Positions 7,038-8,062 of a DNA stretch of 8,062 nt are shown one piece after another. This DNA comes from a virus (taxonomy: Duplodnaviria; Heunggongvirae; Uroviricota; Caudoviricetes). A program made the translations under genes and the position numbers. The notes below the pieces were generated by a model. That model had not been told where the DNA came from and made no database searches. It was given only the letters and a program-made list of their open reading frames with translations. The stretch lies in the IMG/VR virus record IMGVR_UViG_2802429244_000020; one strand, written 5' to 3'. Every line of letters starts with the position of its first letter. The stretch's first letter is position 1.

Positions 7038-7709
7038 TTAAAGGGCAAACCTTTCTATGGTTCGATACACCTTGTCAAAAATTTGCTCTGAAAGTGAAAT
7101 GGACCCATTTGTGTTAATTTCTAATGACTCATAACCGGTCACATCCTTAACATTAAGTTTAACTTTATCAATTGTAAAATTTGCATTTTTGAAAATGTTT
7201 CTTATTTCCATAAGTGCGTCACTTGATGACTCAAGTTCCAGTATGCCGGATGTGTGCTTGCTAAACGTTAAGTCTTTTAATTTTGCTTTGTGCACTTGTA
7301 TTTTTTCAAAGTGCGGGGTCAGGAAATAAATGAAGTCCTCAATTTTGATGTTGAGATTTGACACATTAAAATCAGAATGTGTTGATTTAATTATGTTTGA
7401 TATGAAGTTTTTAATGCTTCTGGGAGGCGACTCAATGATTAAGATGAAGTTTTTACCTTTTGTTGTGTAAAGCCAAAAGTTAAATTGAATATATTTTAGC
7501 TGTGTATATTGAGTCTCGTTTCCATATGGATCAACGATTATCTCGTTGACCTCTACTTTCTCGATGTATCGAGATGATATTGCATTTTCTTCATATGAGT
7601 TGATACTAAATCCCCAGCCTTTATCACTATCAAAAGGAGTGTTAATGATAGACTGATATAAACTATCAAGTCCAGCAGGGAAGTTGGCAGTAAACCATTT
7701 TGTTTTCAT
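7038..7709 (-). CDS. Hypothetical AT-rich cargo protein (223 aa), distal gene of a leftward operon in the post-A variable locus
   Basis: Complete minus-strand ORF. ATG at 7709..7707 is preceded by AAGGAG (plus 7715-7720, 5-nt spacer). Only 11 nt separate it from the upstream gene's stop. No Cys, no long hydrophobic segment, rich in N/I/K/F/S. No motif I can recognise. Confidence 0.75.
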   Translation of the reverse strand: MKTKWFTANFPAGLDSLYQSIINTPFDSDKGWGFSINSYEENAISSRYIEKVEVNEIIVDPYGNETQYTQLKYIQFNFWLYTTKGKNFILIIESPPRSIKNFISNIIKSTHSDFNVSNLNIKIEDFIYFLTPHFEKIQVHKAKLKDLTFSKHTSGILELESSSDALMEIRNIFKNANFTIDKVKLNVKDVTGYESLEINTNGSISLSEQIFDKVYRTIERFAL

Positions 7710-7720
7710 AACAACTCCTT

Positions 7721-8062
7721 TTATTTATCAGTAACAACCTCAATTGTGTTTGAGGCGATAATACTGTTTGAAATTTCGCGAGCGGTTTTTTCAAGTGCTA
7801 ATAATAGCAGTTTTTCCTTCTCTTTATCTACATTTTGACGATTTGCATATTCGTTTATATTTTTGTACTTATAAACACCGCGAACGATATACGAGAATAA
7901 CTTGCAATTATCTGGGTCGACAAATTGAGCCTCGAATTCATATTTGTCCGAGTCTTTATAAGTGTCAACAACAGAACTCCAAATGATTTTGGTAATATAA
8001 AATCCTTTTCCTAACAACTCTTTAAACTCGAGAGAGTCAAGAACGCTGCGCCCTTTTAGTGA
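7721..8062 (-). CDS. 3' end (last 113 codons) of a larger leftward cargo gene; 5' part lies beyond the window
   Basis: The minus-strand reading frame is open from the window edge (8062) to the TAA at 7723..7721. The track's start at 8017 is a TTG, and translation continues upstream without a stop (…SLKGRSVLDSLEFKELLGKGFYITK…). Same low G+C as the downstream gene. Confidence 0.7.
   Translation of the reverse strand, partial: SLKGRSVLDSLEFKELLGKGFYITKIIWSSVVDTYKDSDKYEFEAQFVDPDNCKLFSYIVRGVYKYKNINEYANRQNVDKEKEKLLLLALEKTAREISNSIIASNTIEVVTDK

Noticed and set aside
6909-7091. 60-aa plus-strand ORF spanning the terminator hairpin and overlapping the 3' end of the 223-aa gene
   Set aside because: It starts at a non-ATG codon, runs through the terminator stem-loop and overlaps the better-supported minus-strand gene. 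If P2 orf91 has a counterpart here I cannot identify it.
7768-7986. 72-aa plus-strand ORF antisense to the truncated cargo gene
   Set aside because: Antisense within a longer open frame, in AT-rich sequence where spurious ORFs are common, and with no ribosome-binding site.
7721-8017. Treating the track ORF 7721..8017 (98 aa) as a complete gene
   Set aside because: Its start is a TTG, and the frame stays open upstream to the window edge, so it is the tail of a larger gene rather than a 98-aa protein.
1-8062. CRISPR arrays, tRNA/rRNA genes, IS elements or long tandem repeats
   Set aside because: No spacer-repeat periodicity, no cloverleaf-compatible segments, and no terminal inverted repeats flanking a transposase-like ORF were seen. 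The only repeats are the short regulatory ones in the C-cox switch.

Overview
This window is the lysogeny-control and early-replication region of a P2-like temperate phage or prophage from an enterobacterial host, ending in a compositionally foreign cargo locus. Reading left to right: a P2-type tyrosine integrase (minus strand, 3' end at the window edge, so the attachment site lies just beyond position 1); the immunity repressor C (minus); a face-to-face Pe/Pc switch with paired operator repeats and cox-box-like repeats; then a rightward early operon of cox, a small basic ORF, replication gene B, four small ORFs (one a TraR/DksA-type zinc finger, one markedly AT-rich), a PAPS-reductase-like PP-loop protein, and the 761-aa rolling-circle initiator A. 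Six consecutive gene junctions from B to A have overlapping stop/start codons. Directly after A, a bidirectional terminator hairpin marks an abrupt drop from about 50% to about 25-35% G+C (hand counts of sampled 60-nt lines). The AT-rich region carries leftward genes: a complete 223-aa ORF and the 3' end of an upstream gene cut by the window edge, tightly coupled. This is the position where P2 carries tin/old and where P2-like phages are known to carry variable anti-phage systems. I could not recognise either cargo protein by eye, so this is the best candidate for an uncharacterised system; homology searches are required to separate it from known tin/old-like cargo. No tRNA, rRNA, CRISPR array or IS element was seen.
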